From the NCBI RefSeq assembly GCF_009914755.1, contig NC_060931.1: a DNA stretch of 64,000 nucleotides; one strand, given 5' to 3'. This stretch comes from the human T2T-CHM13v2.0 reference genome, Homo sapiens. Of this stretch, positions 45,645 through 59,716 are shown in pieces (the first letter of the stretch is position 1; every line of letters begins with the position of its first letter). The translations under genes were made by a program, and so were the position numbers. Below the pieces are notes generated by a model, which was not told the DNA's origin, ran no database searches, and saw nothing but the letters and a program-made list of their open reading frames with translations.

Positions 45645-46559
45645 AAAGCTATCTCAGTTCTCAGTTGTCTCACAAGGACAAAAAAAAAATTCTACCTGAA
45701 GAGACCTCCAGTAGCAGTTCAAAGATTTGACTGAGCATGACAAAGAATAATGACTATTAATTAAAACAGCTTATAAATATGAATTTTTGTAAGTCCATTA
45801 ATATAAAACAAAACTACAAATTTACTGCTTATCTTTGGAGCAATATCCACTTATTTTTGAAACATGATAAAGGGAAGAAGCAAAGAATTTACCTGCTTTT
45901 CCTATACAGATTGCACTTCAAGATAACCAAATAGTTGATGAGAAAAACTTTTTTCCTTACAAAAACATTTCGGAGTTTAAATAAAAAAGGGAACTTTATG
46001 GTTGGAAAGTTACCATTTTTAAAGTTCTGATAAAATAATGGCTCTAGGAAACCATTAGTTTCTGAAACTAATGGGTAGAATACTGATGATGACTTTGTAG
46101 TAAATGCATTAGGCTGACATCACTGAAGCCTACCTATTAATCTTAGCATTACTAAGTGAAATAATCAGACATTTCATGTTTCCTGATGTAGTGCAATAAC
46201 AAACAAGCACAAAAAATCCATAGGATATGATCGTCATTGAATCTGAATTAGTCAGTCCTCCAGTTTTAGAAATGATTGAGGAACATGTTAAAAACACAAC
46301 CCATATACAACCTGCCAAACCAATAATGTGGAAACTACAGAATGAATAATTTAGTTTATTTGACAAATAGATCACATAAAAATGGGGAAATTAAAATATA
46401 CCTTAAAAGTTACCAATAGAGCAATGAGGGACATTTATATAAATTTAAAAAATACAAGGCAATACTATAAATTTTATGAATTTCTATGTACATAGTATCA
46501 AAGTCATTGAATCAAACATATTTATTGCTTTTCCCCTCATCTTTGCTCTCAAATTCTCC

Positions 46560-46930
46560 TCTTCTGTTTGAATTAGATTCTTAAGTAAATCATTTAGTAA
46601 TATTCCTTTAGCACAAGAGTTTGAGAGTTACTGAACTGTCAGTTTCTCAATGTTGAAAATTATCTTTATTTTACCCTAATTATTGAATGATATTTTAGCT
46701 GGGTATAGAATTTTAGGGTGAAAGTTTTTTCCTGTCAGAATGTGAAGGTAAAAATTTTATTGTTTTCTAGGATCTGTTATAGAATGCTGTCATCAGTCTA
46801 ATTAGTGATTCCTTTGAAGGTCAACCACCTTTTCCTTCTGTTTACTTTCACTATGTTTTTCATGCTCTATTTCATGTTCATTGGGCTGTTTCTAAATGTG
46901 ATTTAATTTTATTTACATTACTCTGGAGTC
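46560..46930 (-). mobile_element. Ancient L1ME/HAL1 ORF1-region remnant
   Basis: tatctttattttaccc...tgaatgatattttagctgggtatagaattttagggtga. Confidence 0.5.
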
Positions 46931-47539
46931 AGCTTCCTCCATTGATCCTTTGACCATTTATACTTTGTGGGTGACTGTCTTTCAAACTATGACCCCAATC
47001 CATTGAAAAATTTTCCTCAGCTGGTAGACAGAACTATCTGATTTCCAATTATAGGACAAAGAGTTCTTTGTGAAATCTGGATTTGTGGTGATTGATCAGG
47101 TTCAGCTATGCTTCTGGACCAAATGTTCTTATTTCTAGAAGGCATTTGAAGCCTTATTCCTAGCTATTAAGGCTTGTGTGATTTTGATGCTTTCCTGAAT
47201 GTTTGGACCTAAGCTCGCTCTCTTCTGATACATTCTCTCCCCCTTTATAAGTAATTGAAACTTTCTCCTTCAAAGTTTTCAACCTGAGTAGTAATTTTGA
47301 ATACATTTTATCCAGAATTTCTAAGTGTTTGTAGAAGAGAGATTAGAATGGCTCTGTCATGTCATCACAGCCTGCCATATTAACTGGAAATACCTGAACA
47401 TCATTTCCGTTTATTTTTAGTTATGGAAATATGAAAATTTTGCTGACCAACAATATCATTCCCACTTTCTAGATGCTTGATATGTAATTGGAGATATACA
47501 GAAACTCATAGAACATAAACAGAAAAATGTTATTATGCA

Positions 47540-47715
47540 GTATTGCATAACAGTTTAAGCAGTATAGACTAATGATTAAAGGCCTCAGACAGGATGATGC
47601 CAGAGTGCCAAAATTTGAATCAAAGCTCCAGCATTTGACTGTGTAAATTTGAGCTAGACTTTTAATATCTCTATGCCTTAATTTTCCTTGTTTGTAAAAT
47701 TTGGGATAATTTTAC
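47540..47715 (+). mobile_element. MIR
   Basis: ctgtgtaaatttgagctagacttttaatatctctatgccttaattttccttgtttgtaaaatttgggataat. Confidence 0.65.
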
Positions 47716-47724
47716 ATATTCCAT

Positions 47725-49272
47725 AGCCACTGGTAAATCAGTTAGTGCTGACTCCTGTTCTATTCTCTATATCTATGAGATCAATTTTATTAGATTCCAC
47801 ATGTAAGTGAGATCATGTGGTATTTGTCTTTCTGTGCCTGGCTTTTTTCACTTAACAAAATGTCCTCCAGGTTCATCCATGTTGTCACAAATAACAGGAC
47901 TTTTTTCATTTTTATGGCTTACTAGTATTCAGTTGTGTATACATACCATATTTTCTTTATCCATTAATTTATTCGTGTATACAGGTTGATTCCATAACCC
48001 TAGCTATTGTGAATAGTGCTGGAATAAACATGGGAATGCAGATCTCTTTTCTGCATACTGGTTTAATTTTCTGTAAATAAATACCCAGTAGTGGAATTGC
48101 TAAAACACATGGTAGTTCTGTTTTTAATTGTTTGAGGAGCCTCCGTGCTGTTTTTCTTAATGACTGACTAATTTACATTCCCACCAATAGAGTGCAAGGA
48201 TTCCCCTTTCTCCACATCCTTGCCAGCACCTGTTATCTTTTGTCTATTTGGTAATAGCCATTCTAACTGTAGTGAGGTGATAAGTTATTGTGATTTTGAC
48301 TTGCATTTCCCTGGTGATTAGTGATGTTGATCATTTTTTTTCACATACCTGTTGGCCGTTTTGTATGTCTTCTTTTGAGAAATATCTATTCAGGTCTTCT
48401 GTTCATTTTAAAATTAGGTTATTTGCTTTTTTTCCTTTCGAGTTGTTTGACTTCTCTATGTATTTTGAATATTAACTCTTTATCAGTGCATACTTTGCAC
48501 ATGTGCTCTTCCAATCTATAGGTTGTCTATTCACTCTGTTGATTTTGTTTCTTCGCTGTACAGAAGCTTTTTAGTTTGATGTAATCTCATTTGTTTATTT
48601 TTGCTTTTGTTGCTTGTGCTTTTGAGGTCTTATCTTTCAAAAATCCCTGCCATACCAATGCCATGGAAAATTTCCCCTAGATTTTCTTCTAGTAGATTCA
48701 TAGTTTCAGGTGTTTAATCCACTTTGAGTTAATTTTTTATGTAGTGAGAAAGATTCTTTTTGCAGTTTTCCCAGCACCACTTACTAAAGAGACCTCTTTT
48801 TCCATTATGAATTCTCAACACCTTTGTCAAAAATCAGTTGGCCATAAATGAGTGGATATTTTTCTGGGCACTCTATTCTATTCATTGGTCTATATGTCTG
48901 TTTTTATGCTGGTACCATGCTATTTTCATTACTTTTGCTTTGTAATAGATTTTGAAGTCAGCTGGTGTAATGCCTTAAGCTTTGTTCTTTGTGTTCAGGA
49001 TTGCTTTCCCTTTTCAGGGTCTTTTGTGGTTCCATATAAATTTTAGGAATCCGTTTTCTATTTCTGTGTCATTGATATTTTGATAGGGATTGCCTTAAAT
49101 CTCTAGATCACTTTGGGTAGTATGAACATTTTAACAATATCTTTTCTTCAAATACATGAAGACTGTATATCTTTTCATTTCTGTCTTATTCAATTTCTTA
49201 CATCAATGTTGTATAGTTTTCAGTATAGAGATCTTTCATTTCCTTAGTTAAACATATTCCAAGTACATTTTT
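47725..49272 (-). mobile_element. L1MA 3' end and ORF2 portion
   Basis: ttagattccacatgtaagtgagatcatgtggtatttgtctttctgtgcctggc...gtacagaagctttttagtttgatgtaatctcatttg. Confidence 0.88.
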
Positions 49273-50003
49273 AAAACTTGTTTTATTGTGCCTTGCTTTA
49301 TTGCACTTTGCAGATATTACATTTTTTATAAATTGAAGGTTTGTGGAAACCCCACATTAAGAAATTCTTTTGATGCTATTCTTCCAAGAGCATTGGCTCA
49401 CTTAGGTCTGTATGTCACATTTTGGTAATTATCTTAATATTTTAAACTTTTATTAATATTAATATTATTATATCTCTTATGCTTTCTAGTCAGTGATTTT
49501 TGATATTACTATTGAAATTGTTCTGAGGTACCACAAACTGTGCCCATGCAAGAGGGTGAACTTAACCAATAAATGTTTTGTGTATTCTGTCTGCTCCACT
49601 AACAATCTGTTCCACCATCTCTCTCCCTCTCCCTCTCTTCAGATGTCCCTATTCCCTGAGACACAACAAATATTAAAATTAGGCCAAATAATAACCCTAA
49701 ACAGAGCCACACATCTCCCACTTTAGATCGAAAGGTAATATGATCATGCTTAGCGAGGAGGGCATGACAAAAGCTGAGATAAGCCAAAAGTTAGGTTCTA
49801 GTACCAAAAAGTTAGCCAAGTTGTGAATCCAAAGGAAGTGTTCTTGGAGAAAATTAAAAGTGCTACTCCAGTGAACACACAAATGGTGAGAAAATGAAAC
49901 AGGTTTATTGCTCATATGGAGAAAGCTTTAATAGTCTAAATAGATGATCAAACCAACCACACCATCCCCTTAAGACAAAGTGTAATCCAGAGCAATGTCC
50001 TAA

Positions 50004-50699
50004 TGAGAGGTGAAGCCAGCTGGACTTCCTGGGTCGAGTGGGGACTTGGAGAACTTTTCTGTCTAGCTAGAGGATTGTAAATGCACCAATCAGTGCTCTG
50101 TGTCTAGCTAAAGGATTGTAAAAGCATAGCACTCTGTAAAAACGCACCAATCAGCGCTCTGGGTCTAGCTAAAGGATTGTAAACACACCAATCAGCACTC
50201 TGTAAAAATGCACCAAATCAGCACTCTGTGTCTAGCTAAAGGATTGTAAACGCACCAATCAGCACTCTGTGAAATGGACCAATCAGCCCCCTGTAAAATG
50301 GATCAATCAGCGCTCTGTAAAATAGACCAATCAGCAGGACATGGGAAGGGACAAATAAGGGAATAAAAGCTGGCCACCCCAGCCAGCAGCAGCAACCCAC
50401 TCGGGTCCCCTTCCACACTGTGGAAGCTTTGCTCTTCACAATAAATCTTGCTGCTGCTCACTCTTGGGTCTGCACCACCTTTAAGAGCTGTAACACTCGC
50501 TGCAAAGGTCCGCAGCTTCATTCTTGAAGTCAGCAAGACCACGAACCCACTGGAAGGAAGAAACTCTGGACACATCTGAAGGAACAAACTCAGGACATGC
50601 CATCTTTAAGAGCTGTAACACTCACCCCGAAGGTCCGCGGCTTCATTCTTGAAGTCAGTGAGACCAAGAACCAACCAGAAGGAACCAATTCCAGACACA
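50004..50699 (+). mobile_element. LTR12 (ERV9) solo LTR
   Basis: tgagaggtgaagccagctggacttcctggg...ggaaccaattccagacaca. Tandem caccaatcagc repeats. 4-bp TSD ctaa (50000-03 / 50700-03). Confidence 0.95.
50080..50375 (+). promoter_or_regulatory. LTR12 U3 enhancer/promoter: NF-Y CCAAT array and TATA-like AATAAAA
   Basis: Six intact CCAATCAG plus two variants, followed by ggaataaaagc. This is the known LTR12 promoter layout; activity here is not shown. Confidence 0.6.
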
Positions 50700-51141
50700 C
50701 TAACTCTCTTCAATTCTATGAACGTGAGCAAGCAGTGGGAGAAAAGTTAACTAACAGAAGTTGGTTTATGAGGCTAAGGTAAAAAGCTATCTTTATAACA
50801 TAAAATTACAAAGTGAAATAACAAGTGGTGATGAAGAAGTGTTCTTTCTACAGAAAGAACATACATTAATTTAACATACATTAATTTAAAAATACTTTAT
50901 TGATTAAAAAAAATACCATCATGTAAGCTTTCAGTGAGTTGTTATCTTTTTTTTCTGGTGGAGGGTCTTGCCTTGATGTTGATGGCTGCTGATGGATCAG
51001 GGTGATGGCTCATAAACGGTGGGGTAGCTGTGAACATTTTCAAAAATAACAATGAAGATTACCACATCAATGTACTCTTCCTTTCAAAAAATAATTATCT
51101 GAAGAATGCAATGCTATTTGGTAGCATTTTCCCCATAATAG

Positions 51142-51528
<387 letters not shown>

Positions 51529-51984
51529 CCAATATTTTATATCTTTTAAAAATCATTTCAACAATGTTCACAACACCTTTACTAGGAATGGTTTCTATCT
51601 AAAGAAACCATATTCCTTCATCATCCATAAGCAACTCCTCATCCATTCATATTTGACCATGAGATTGCAGCAATTTAGTCACATTTTCAAACTTCACTTC
51701 TAGTTCTAGTTCTCTTGCTGTTTCCCCCACATCTGCAGTTACTCTTTCCACTGAAGTCTGATACTCTCAAAGTCATCATGAGAGTTGGAATAACTTCTTC
51801 CAAACTCCTGTTAATGTTGATATTTTGACCTCTTCCCATGAATAATGAATGTTCTTAATGGCATGTGGAATACTGAATTCTTCTCAGAAGGTTCTCAATT
51901 TATTTTGCCCAGATCCATCATAGGGATCACTACCTATGGCAGCTATAGCCTTATGAAATGTTTTTCTTAAACAATAACACTTGA

Positions 51985-52290
51985 TTTAAAAAATTTTATT
52001 TGTATATGTGTATGGGTTACAAGTGTAATTTTGTTATGTGACTAGATAGCATCTTGGTGAAGTCAGGGCTTTTGGGATATCCATTACTCAAATAATGTAT
52101 ATTGTACTTATTAAAGAATTTTTCATCATCAGCTCCCTAGCCCTGCAAACCTTCCAATTTTCAACTATTTTACATCCATGCAATATTTAGCTCCCACTTA
52201 TAAGTGAGAATATGCAGTATTCGTCTTTCTGTGACTGACTTGTTTCACTTAAGATAATGGCCTCCAATTTAACCCATGTTGCTGCAAAAG
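51985..52290 (-). mobile_element. L1PB-like 3' end nested in Tigger1
   Basis: gggttacaagtgtaattttgttatg...ggtgaagtcagggctttt...tttagctcccacttataagtgagaatatgc. Flanking repeat acttga. Confidence 0.8.
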
Positions 52291-52375
52291 ACTTGAAACT
52301 TGAAATTACTCGATAATGCTTGGGCTACAGAAAGGATATTGTATTAGCAAGCATGAAAACATTAGTTTCCTTGTG

Positions 52376-55300
52376 TTCTTTCTACACCCAGTTTTTTGAG
52401 AGTTTTAATTACAAAAGAATGGTGAATTTTATCAAATGCTTTTTTACCATCAATTGAAATGATCATATGGTTTTAGTTCTTCATTCTGTAGATATGATGT
52501 ATCACATTGATTGATGTGCTTATGTTGAACCCTCCTTGCATCCCAAGGATAAATCCTACTTGGTCATGATAAATGATATTTTCAATGTATTGTTGAATTT
52601 GATTTACTAGTATTTTGTTGAGGATTTTTGCATCAATATTCATCAGAGATATTGGTCACTAGTTTTCGTTTTGTGATTTGTCTTAATCTGGTTTTGGTAC
52701 AGGGTACTACTGGCCTTGTAGAATAAGTTTGGAAGTGTTACCTCCTCCTTTTGAAATAAGTTTGAGTAGCATTGGTATTCATTCTTCTTTAAATGTTTGA
52801 TAGAATTCAACAGTAGAGCCATCAGGTCCCAGGCTTTTCTTGACTGAGAGACTCTTTATTATGGGTTTAATATTGTTACTTTTTATTGGTCTATTCAGGT
52901 TTTGATTTCTTCATGGTTCCATTTTCATAGGTTGTATGTGTCTAGGAATTTGTCCCTTTCTTCTAGATTTTTCAATTTGTTGTCATGTAGTTGTTCAGAG
53001 TAGCCACTAAGGACCTTAGTTATCTAAGCATTTCTGCAGTTATCAGTTGTAATGTTTCCTTTTTTATCTTTGATTTTATTGATTTGGATTTTTTCCCCTT
53101 TATTCTTAGTTAGCCAGGCTAAAGGTTTGTCCATTTTGTTCAACCTTTAAAAAAAAAAAAACAACACTTTTTGCTTCCTTGATCTTTTGTATTTTTTATC
53201 TTCACTTTCATTTATTTCTGCCCTGACCTTTATTATTATTTTCCTACTAATTTTGGGTTTGGTTTGCTCCTGCTTTTCTAGTTCTTTAAGATGCATCATT
53301 AGAGTATTTGAAGTTTTTCTTCTTTTCTGATGTAGCACTTATGGCTATAAGCTTCCTTCTTAGTACTGCTTTTGCTATATACCAGAGGTTTTGATATGTT
53401 GTGTTTCCATTATATTTCCAGAAATTTTTCAATTTCCTTCTTCATTTCCTCATTGACTTACTGGTCATTCAGGAGCATATTGTTTAATTTCCATATATTT
53501 GTATAGTTTCTAAAATTCCTCTTGTTATTGATTTGTAGTTTTGTCCCATTGTATCAGAAAAGAAGCTTGATATTATTTCAATTTTTTGAATGATTCAAAA
53601 CTTCTTTTGTGACCTAACATATGGTCTATCCTTGAGAATGATCTCTGTGCTGAGGAAAATAATGTGTATTCTGCATCCATTGGATGAAATGTTCTGTAAA
53701 TACTTATTAGATCCATTTGGTCTATCGTTCAGATTAAGTCCGATGCTTCTTTATTGATATTCTGTCTGGAAGATCTGTCCAAGGCTGAAAGTGAGGTGTT
53801 GAAGTCTTCAGCTATGATTGCATTGGAATCTCCTCTCTAACTCTTATAATATTTGCTTTGTACATCTGAGTGCTCCAATGCTGGGTGTATATACATTTAA
53901 AATAGTTATATCTCCTTGTTGAATTGACCCCTCTATTATTATATAGTGACTTTCTTTGTCTTTTCGTAAGTTTTTGTCTAGAAGTCTATTTTGTCTGATA
54001 GAAGTTGAGCTACTCCTACTCTTTTTTGGCATGGATTATCTTTTTCCAACCCTTTATTTTCAGTCTATGTATGTCTTTAGAGGAAAAAAATGTTTCTTGT
54101 AGACAACAGATTAATGCATCTTGCTTTTTTAAACATTTAGCCCCTCTATGTCTTTTGACTGGCGAGTTTAATCCAATAAATTTGAGTTCACATTCAATGT
54201 TATTATTAATAAGTAAGAACTTATTTCTGCCATTTTGCTATATGTTTTCTGGTTGTTTTGTGGTCTTCTCTTCCTTCTTTCTTTCCTTCCTGTCTTCTTT
54301 TATTGAAGGTGATTTTCTCTGGTGATATGATTTAGTTTCTTGTTTTTGATTTTTTATTTATCCATTGTATATTTTTTGGTTTGAAATTACCATGAGGCTT
54401 GCAAATGCTATCTTATAACCTATTATTTTAAGCTGATAACAACTTAACACTCCGCATAAACAAACAAGCAAAAAGAAAACAAATAAAAATTCTAGCTTTA
54501 ACTTTGTTTCACCGCTTTTTAACTTTTTGTTGCATCTATATCTTATTGTACTGTCCATGTTTTGAAAAGTTGTTGTAGTTATTATATTCAATCAGTACAT
54601 TGTTTATTTTTTCCTACTTAGGACAAGAGTAGTTCACATGCCACAGTTACAGTGTTATAATATTCTGTGTTTTTCTGTGTGCTTACTATGACTAGTGAGT
54701 TTTGGACCTTCAGGTGATTGTTTATTTCCCCTTAAGGCCCTTTTCCTTCTGATTAAATTACTCCCTTTATCATTTCTTGTAGGACAAGTCTGTTGATGAT
54801 GAAATCCTTCAGCTTTTGTTTCTCTGGGAAAGTTTTTATTTCTCCTTGAAGTTTAAAGGATATTTTCACTGGATATAATATTCTAGAGTATTTTGTTTTG
54901 TTTTGTTTTGTTTCCTTAAGCACTTTACCTATGTCGTGTCTTCCCTCCTGGCCTGTAAGATTTCCACTGAAAAGTCTGTTGCCAGACATATTGGAGCTCC
55001 ATTTTATTTTCTTTATTTATTTTCTTGCTGTTTTTGGAATCATTTTTTAATCCTTAATCTTTGGGGGTTTGATTATTAAATGCCTTGTGTAGTCTTTTTT
55101 GGATCAATTCTGCTTGGCATTCTACAACCTTGTATTTGGATATTGATATCTTTCTCTAGCTTTGGGAAGTTCTCTGTTATTATCCCTTTGAATAAATTTT
55201 CTTCCTCTGTCTCTGTCCCTACCTCCTCTTTAAGGAGCAATAACTCTTAGATTTGCTGTTTTGAGGCCATTTTGTAGATCCTGTTGGTATGCTTTATTGC

Positions 55301-55777
55301 TTTTTATTATTTATTCTTTAATCTCCTCTGACTGTGTATTTTCAAATAGCCTGACTTCAAACTTTCTAATTCTGCTTGATCAATCCTGCTATTGAAGACA
55401 CTGATGCATTCTTCAGTATGCCAATTACATTTTTCAGTTCCAGAATATTTACTTGATTCTTTCAAATTATTTCAATTTGTTTGTAAAATTTATCTGATAG
55501 AATTCTGATTTCCTTCTCTGTGTTGTCCTGAATTTCTTTGAGTTTCCTCAATACAGATACTTTGACTTGTCTGTCTGAAAGGTCACATATCTCTTTTTCT
55601 CCTGGATTGGCTCCTGGTTCTTTATTTCCTTTATTTGGTGGGTTCGTGTTTTCATGGATTGTCTTGATGCTTGTCTGTAATTGGGCATTGAAAAGTTAGG
55701 TATTTATTGTAGTCTTTGCAGTCTGGGCTTGTTTGTACCCATCCTTCTTGGGAAGGCTTTCCAGATATTCAAGAGGA
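52376..55777 (-). mobile_element. L1MA ORF2/ORF1/5' region, degenerate
   Basis: Minus ORFs resemble ORF2p (HLKELEKQEQTKPKISR, GSIQQGDITILNVYTP) and ORF1p (RILYPVKISFKLQGEIKTFPEKQKLKDF). Confidence 0.88.
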
Positions 55778-56222
55778 CCCCAAAACCCATAACCTTAATC
55801 TATTGATAAGAAAACCATTAAATACACTCAGATTAGGGAACATACTGTAAGATACCTGACCAATACTCCTCAAGACTGCCAAGATCATAAAAAACAAGTA
55901 AAGACTGATAAAAATATCACAGGCCATGGGAAAATGGAGAAACATGAAAACTAAAAATAATGTGGTACCCTGGATTAGATCCTGGAACAGAAAGAGGGTA
56001 TATTAACTAATGGTAAAACTGATGAAACATAAATAGGCTGGAATTCAGTTAATAGTAACACACCAATATCAATTTCTTAGTTTTGACAAATATAACAAAA
56101 TAAGGTAAGATACTAACAATAAGGGAATTAGATAAGGCATATGCAAGATTTCTTCATATTATATTTGTAACTATTTTGTAAATCCAAAACTATTCTAAAA
56201 GACACTTCATTTAAAACATAAA
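55778..56222 (+). mobile_element. L1MC-type 3' end
   Basis: ccaaaacccataacc...tacctgaccaatactcctcaagactg...atgtggtaccctggattagatcctggaacagaaag. Confidence 0.75.
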
Positions 56223-57094
56223 ACAATTTTTTTAAAATAAATTGTTTTAAACATAGGTAAACAACATCCCATTACTGTAAATTGAATTAACAGTATTTTA
56301 TACTTGAAGCAAACATGAAAAAAGAAGAATGTTGTCTTATTTTGACTGAGCATATATTATCTAGTTAGTCTTACATATTTAAGTAATTAATCCTCAAAAA
56401 AGTACAGTCACTGGGCTGTTTAACAACATAACACAGAGATTTCATAATTTTGTTCCATGTGGAATATATTTTAAGCTTGGTTTCAGTTAGGAAATTACTT
56501 TTTATTACAGCAGGTTAGGGGCTGTTAAACTATTGTCATTGCCACAGTGTTGGGCAGATCCTAGAGAATAATCAAACAAATAGCCCTTGGATGCTGACCA
56601 TAGAGCAGAGTGCCACATTGCATGAACAGACGCCTTTTTTTTTTTTTTTGATTAAAGCAGGCAGCTGGCATTCTACAGGGTACGTTGGGGAGAAACAATC
56701 TTCTTAGTAGTCATGTAGAAAGCCGCATTTAAAATCTAAAGTGTGAATAACTGTTGATACAGAGAGCAAGAATTCTGATGAGAAATGCTAATTCAGCACT
56801 TCTTGCCAGGTTTGCAACAGTATGAGACAGAAGGAAGAAAATCTGCAAAGCCTGATTGAAAAAGTGGAAGGAACAGAGAAAATTACATGAGTAATCTCAG
56901 CTTCAGGTTTCTATCAGTTTCTTGGAAAAATACTAAATTCAAAATGAGTACCTAAACTTTAATTTGTGTATGAATATTTGTGTTTAGCTATGATGAGCTT
57001 TATGTTGTTCCCATTCTCTTGCCTTTTAAACATTCTCAATTGAATAATAAGATCAAGTGTAACTATTGATAGATATTTTGTTGTTGTTGTTCGT

Positions 57095-57175
57095 GGACAT
57101 ATCACAGCACCTAGAACAATGTCTGGCACAAAACAAATGCTAAGTAAATATTTGGTGAAGAGCAAAATGAATGAT
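57095..57175 (+). mobile_element. L2 3' terminus
   Basis: cacagcacctagaacaatgtctggcaca...taaatatttggtgaa...atgaatga. Confidence 0.7.
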
Positions 57176-57377
57176 ATCTCCTACTGGTGCCACGGGCCAC
57201 TGATGTCTCTCAGTGAGGGCAGGGAGTCTTAGAGGCAGCAGAGAAGGAAAGTGTGTCTCTAGCCAATTTTTATTATTGGAACATCTGATAATTCCCTCTT
57301 GCTGGGCCACTAGGCTTTCCTGTTGTTGTCAGCAGAGCCCCTGTTTTATCTAGAGGAAGAATGACCTACTGGGCCAA

Positions 57378-57854
57378 TGTTTTAGTCAGTTTCAGCTGCT
57401 ATAACAAAATACAATAGACTGTGTAGTTTAAACAACCGACATTTATTTTCTTCCAGCTCAAGATTCTGGAGGTCTGAAGTCAGGATGCCAGCACCATGGT
57501 CAGGTTCTGCTCAGGGCTGTTTTCCTGGCTCACATGTGATTGCCCTCTCAGTGTGTTTTCAAATGGCCTTTCCACAGGGCATGAAAATGAAGAGGGAGGG
57601 TGTGGGAGGGAGAGAGAGAGAGAAAAGAATGAAGAGGGGTGGGGTGAGGGGAGAGGGGAGAGGGAGGGAGACAGAGAGGGAGAGAAGAGAGTGTCCAATC
57701 TGTCTTTCTCCTCTTAGAACTATTTCCATCATGAGGGTTCTGCCCTGTGACTTCATTTAAACCTCTCAAAGGCCCTACTTCCAAATACCATCACACTGGA
57801 GGTTAGGGCTCCAATATATGAATTTTGGGGAATACAAACATTCATTCCATAATA
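57378..57854 (-). mobile_element. MLT1A-like MaLR solo LTR with purine-rich tract (57585-57690)
   Basis: tgttttagtcagtttcagctgctataacaaaatac...ccatcacactggaggttagggctccaatatatgaattttgggg. TSD gccaa/gccac. Confidence 0.85.
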
Positions 57855-58999
57855 GCCACCTTCTGTTGCCAGCTTGAGCAGCTTGAGTGTCTAGAGATGC
57901 TGGGCCTGGGTCACCTTTCTTTGGGTGGGAGGTCCTATGAAGCTTTGATACTATATCATTCCTTTAGTCCTTGGGTCTTTAATCGGTTTGCCTTCCTCTT
58001 CCCATTTTTTTCAGTGTTCTCTTTTGATTGCCTCTTGCATTATTTCCAGAATTTTTAGTTGTACTTAACAAGAATGAGCAGGGAGAAATGAGTCTATGCT
58101 GACTTGTTCTCACCAGAAAGTGCATTTAATTTTGAAGTCCACAGAAAGCTCAGCTAAATCTCAATGTCTTATTGCCATAAGCTTCCCACAGTTATTCAAC
58201 AACTTCAAGTCCAGTGGTTTTCCTGCTGTGATGTCAATAGCCAGAACGAACTACCCTCACCTAGGGAGTCCCTGAGCTAAGTATTCTGTTAATAAAACCA
58301 ATTTATAAGTTCTGTTCTTAAGCTATTTGATTACTGTGAGAGTGAACTCACTATATCAGAGAACAAAAAGTGGAAAATTGCTTTAAAGGGTTAATATTGG
58401 TCATTTTAATCTCATTGGCATAAAAATGTGTTCTGAGTTGTCTTATGGAATTTTCCTCTCTCTCCTTGCCAGGCCTGAGTCTCTTAATTTTGATTTCTTT
58501 TAGTTTTATTCAGAGAATTAAGCTATCATTTGTGTTTGTATAAAAATGTTTTAACTGAGCTTATTATGCTTGAAAAGAAGTGACAATAACTATTTTGACT
58601 TATTACTTTCTGTCTGGTTAGGATAATCAAACATTCAGCAAGGAAGAATCAAAGCACCGTAGGTGGTATAAATAAGCATGAGAAAGAGCTTCCGAAAAAT
58701 CTCTTCCAAATAGAGAACACATCCAGCTCCCTTCTCTCCCCTCTTCCCACCACCCACATTCTCCCCCTACTTTTAGACTATTCCTGAACCAGGAAGTAAA
58801 AGTTGTGAGTGGGAAGGGGTGGGGAGTGTGTATGTGTAACCAACAAGGGAATTTATTCTTTTGATGAATCATGATTGTACTATAATCACATATTCCCACA
58901 TGCAGTCCTGAATTCCTGTGCCAGCATTCAACTCCCTTTGCAAAGCTGGCACCTTCTATTTCCTTCACCAGCATTTCAAGCAAAATGATGTATCAGAAA

Positions 59000-59170
59000 A
59001 TTAGAGCTATAAAGAGCCCTTAGATGCTCAAATTCCAGTGTCTCACTTACTGAAGAGAAATGGAGGACCTGGAACATTGTGGAAATCATTCAATTTCATA
59101 TGCTTCTTATAGGCAGAGCTAGAGTTAGAAGTCCTATATTCTGGCTCCTGGGCCAGTGCTCTTTCTATGA
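59000..59170 (-). mobile_element. MIR
   Basis: ttagagctataaagagcccttagat...ggcagagctagagttagaa...ctggctcctgggccagtgctctttc. Confidence 0.6.
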
Positions 59171-59415
59171 TATGAGGATGTCTCAGTTGTAGCCACTATA
59201 GCTCTCATGCTTTAACAAATATATTCAGTAAAGCTAGGAGTAGGTGAGAGGCTACCTCACTCCTGCGTAGGAATATAAAAATGTCAAAAAAATAAAAAGA
59301 CAAACAAGTGATGACTGTAGCTGTAAAAACACAACTTGAAACGTACACTCAATGCTATGATTCCTATGACTGGTACTCTGTGTATTCCCACATCTCTTTC
59401 ATCTTTACTTCTTCC

Positions 59416-59716
<301 letters not shown>

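Larger units (their letters stand above)
44700..46420 (+). mobile_element. L1MC4/5-like 3' region interrupted by Tigger3a and Alu
   Basis: gaatcaggactctttgagaaaatgctgattctgg...gctgaacctggg, and later gcacttcaagataaccaaatagttgatgag. Confidence 0.55.
49277..50840 (+). mobile_element. Tigger1 5' part (interrupted by LTR12)
   Basis: gttttattgtgccttgctttattgcactttgcagata...aaattgaaggtttgtgg. Transposase start gaaaattaaaagtgctactccagtgaacacacaaatg. Resumes ctaactctcttcaattctatgaa. Confidence 0.9.

Noticed and set aside
57480-57784. Five overlapping ORFs
   Set aside because: Caused by a stop-poor GA-rich tract inside an MLT1A LTR.
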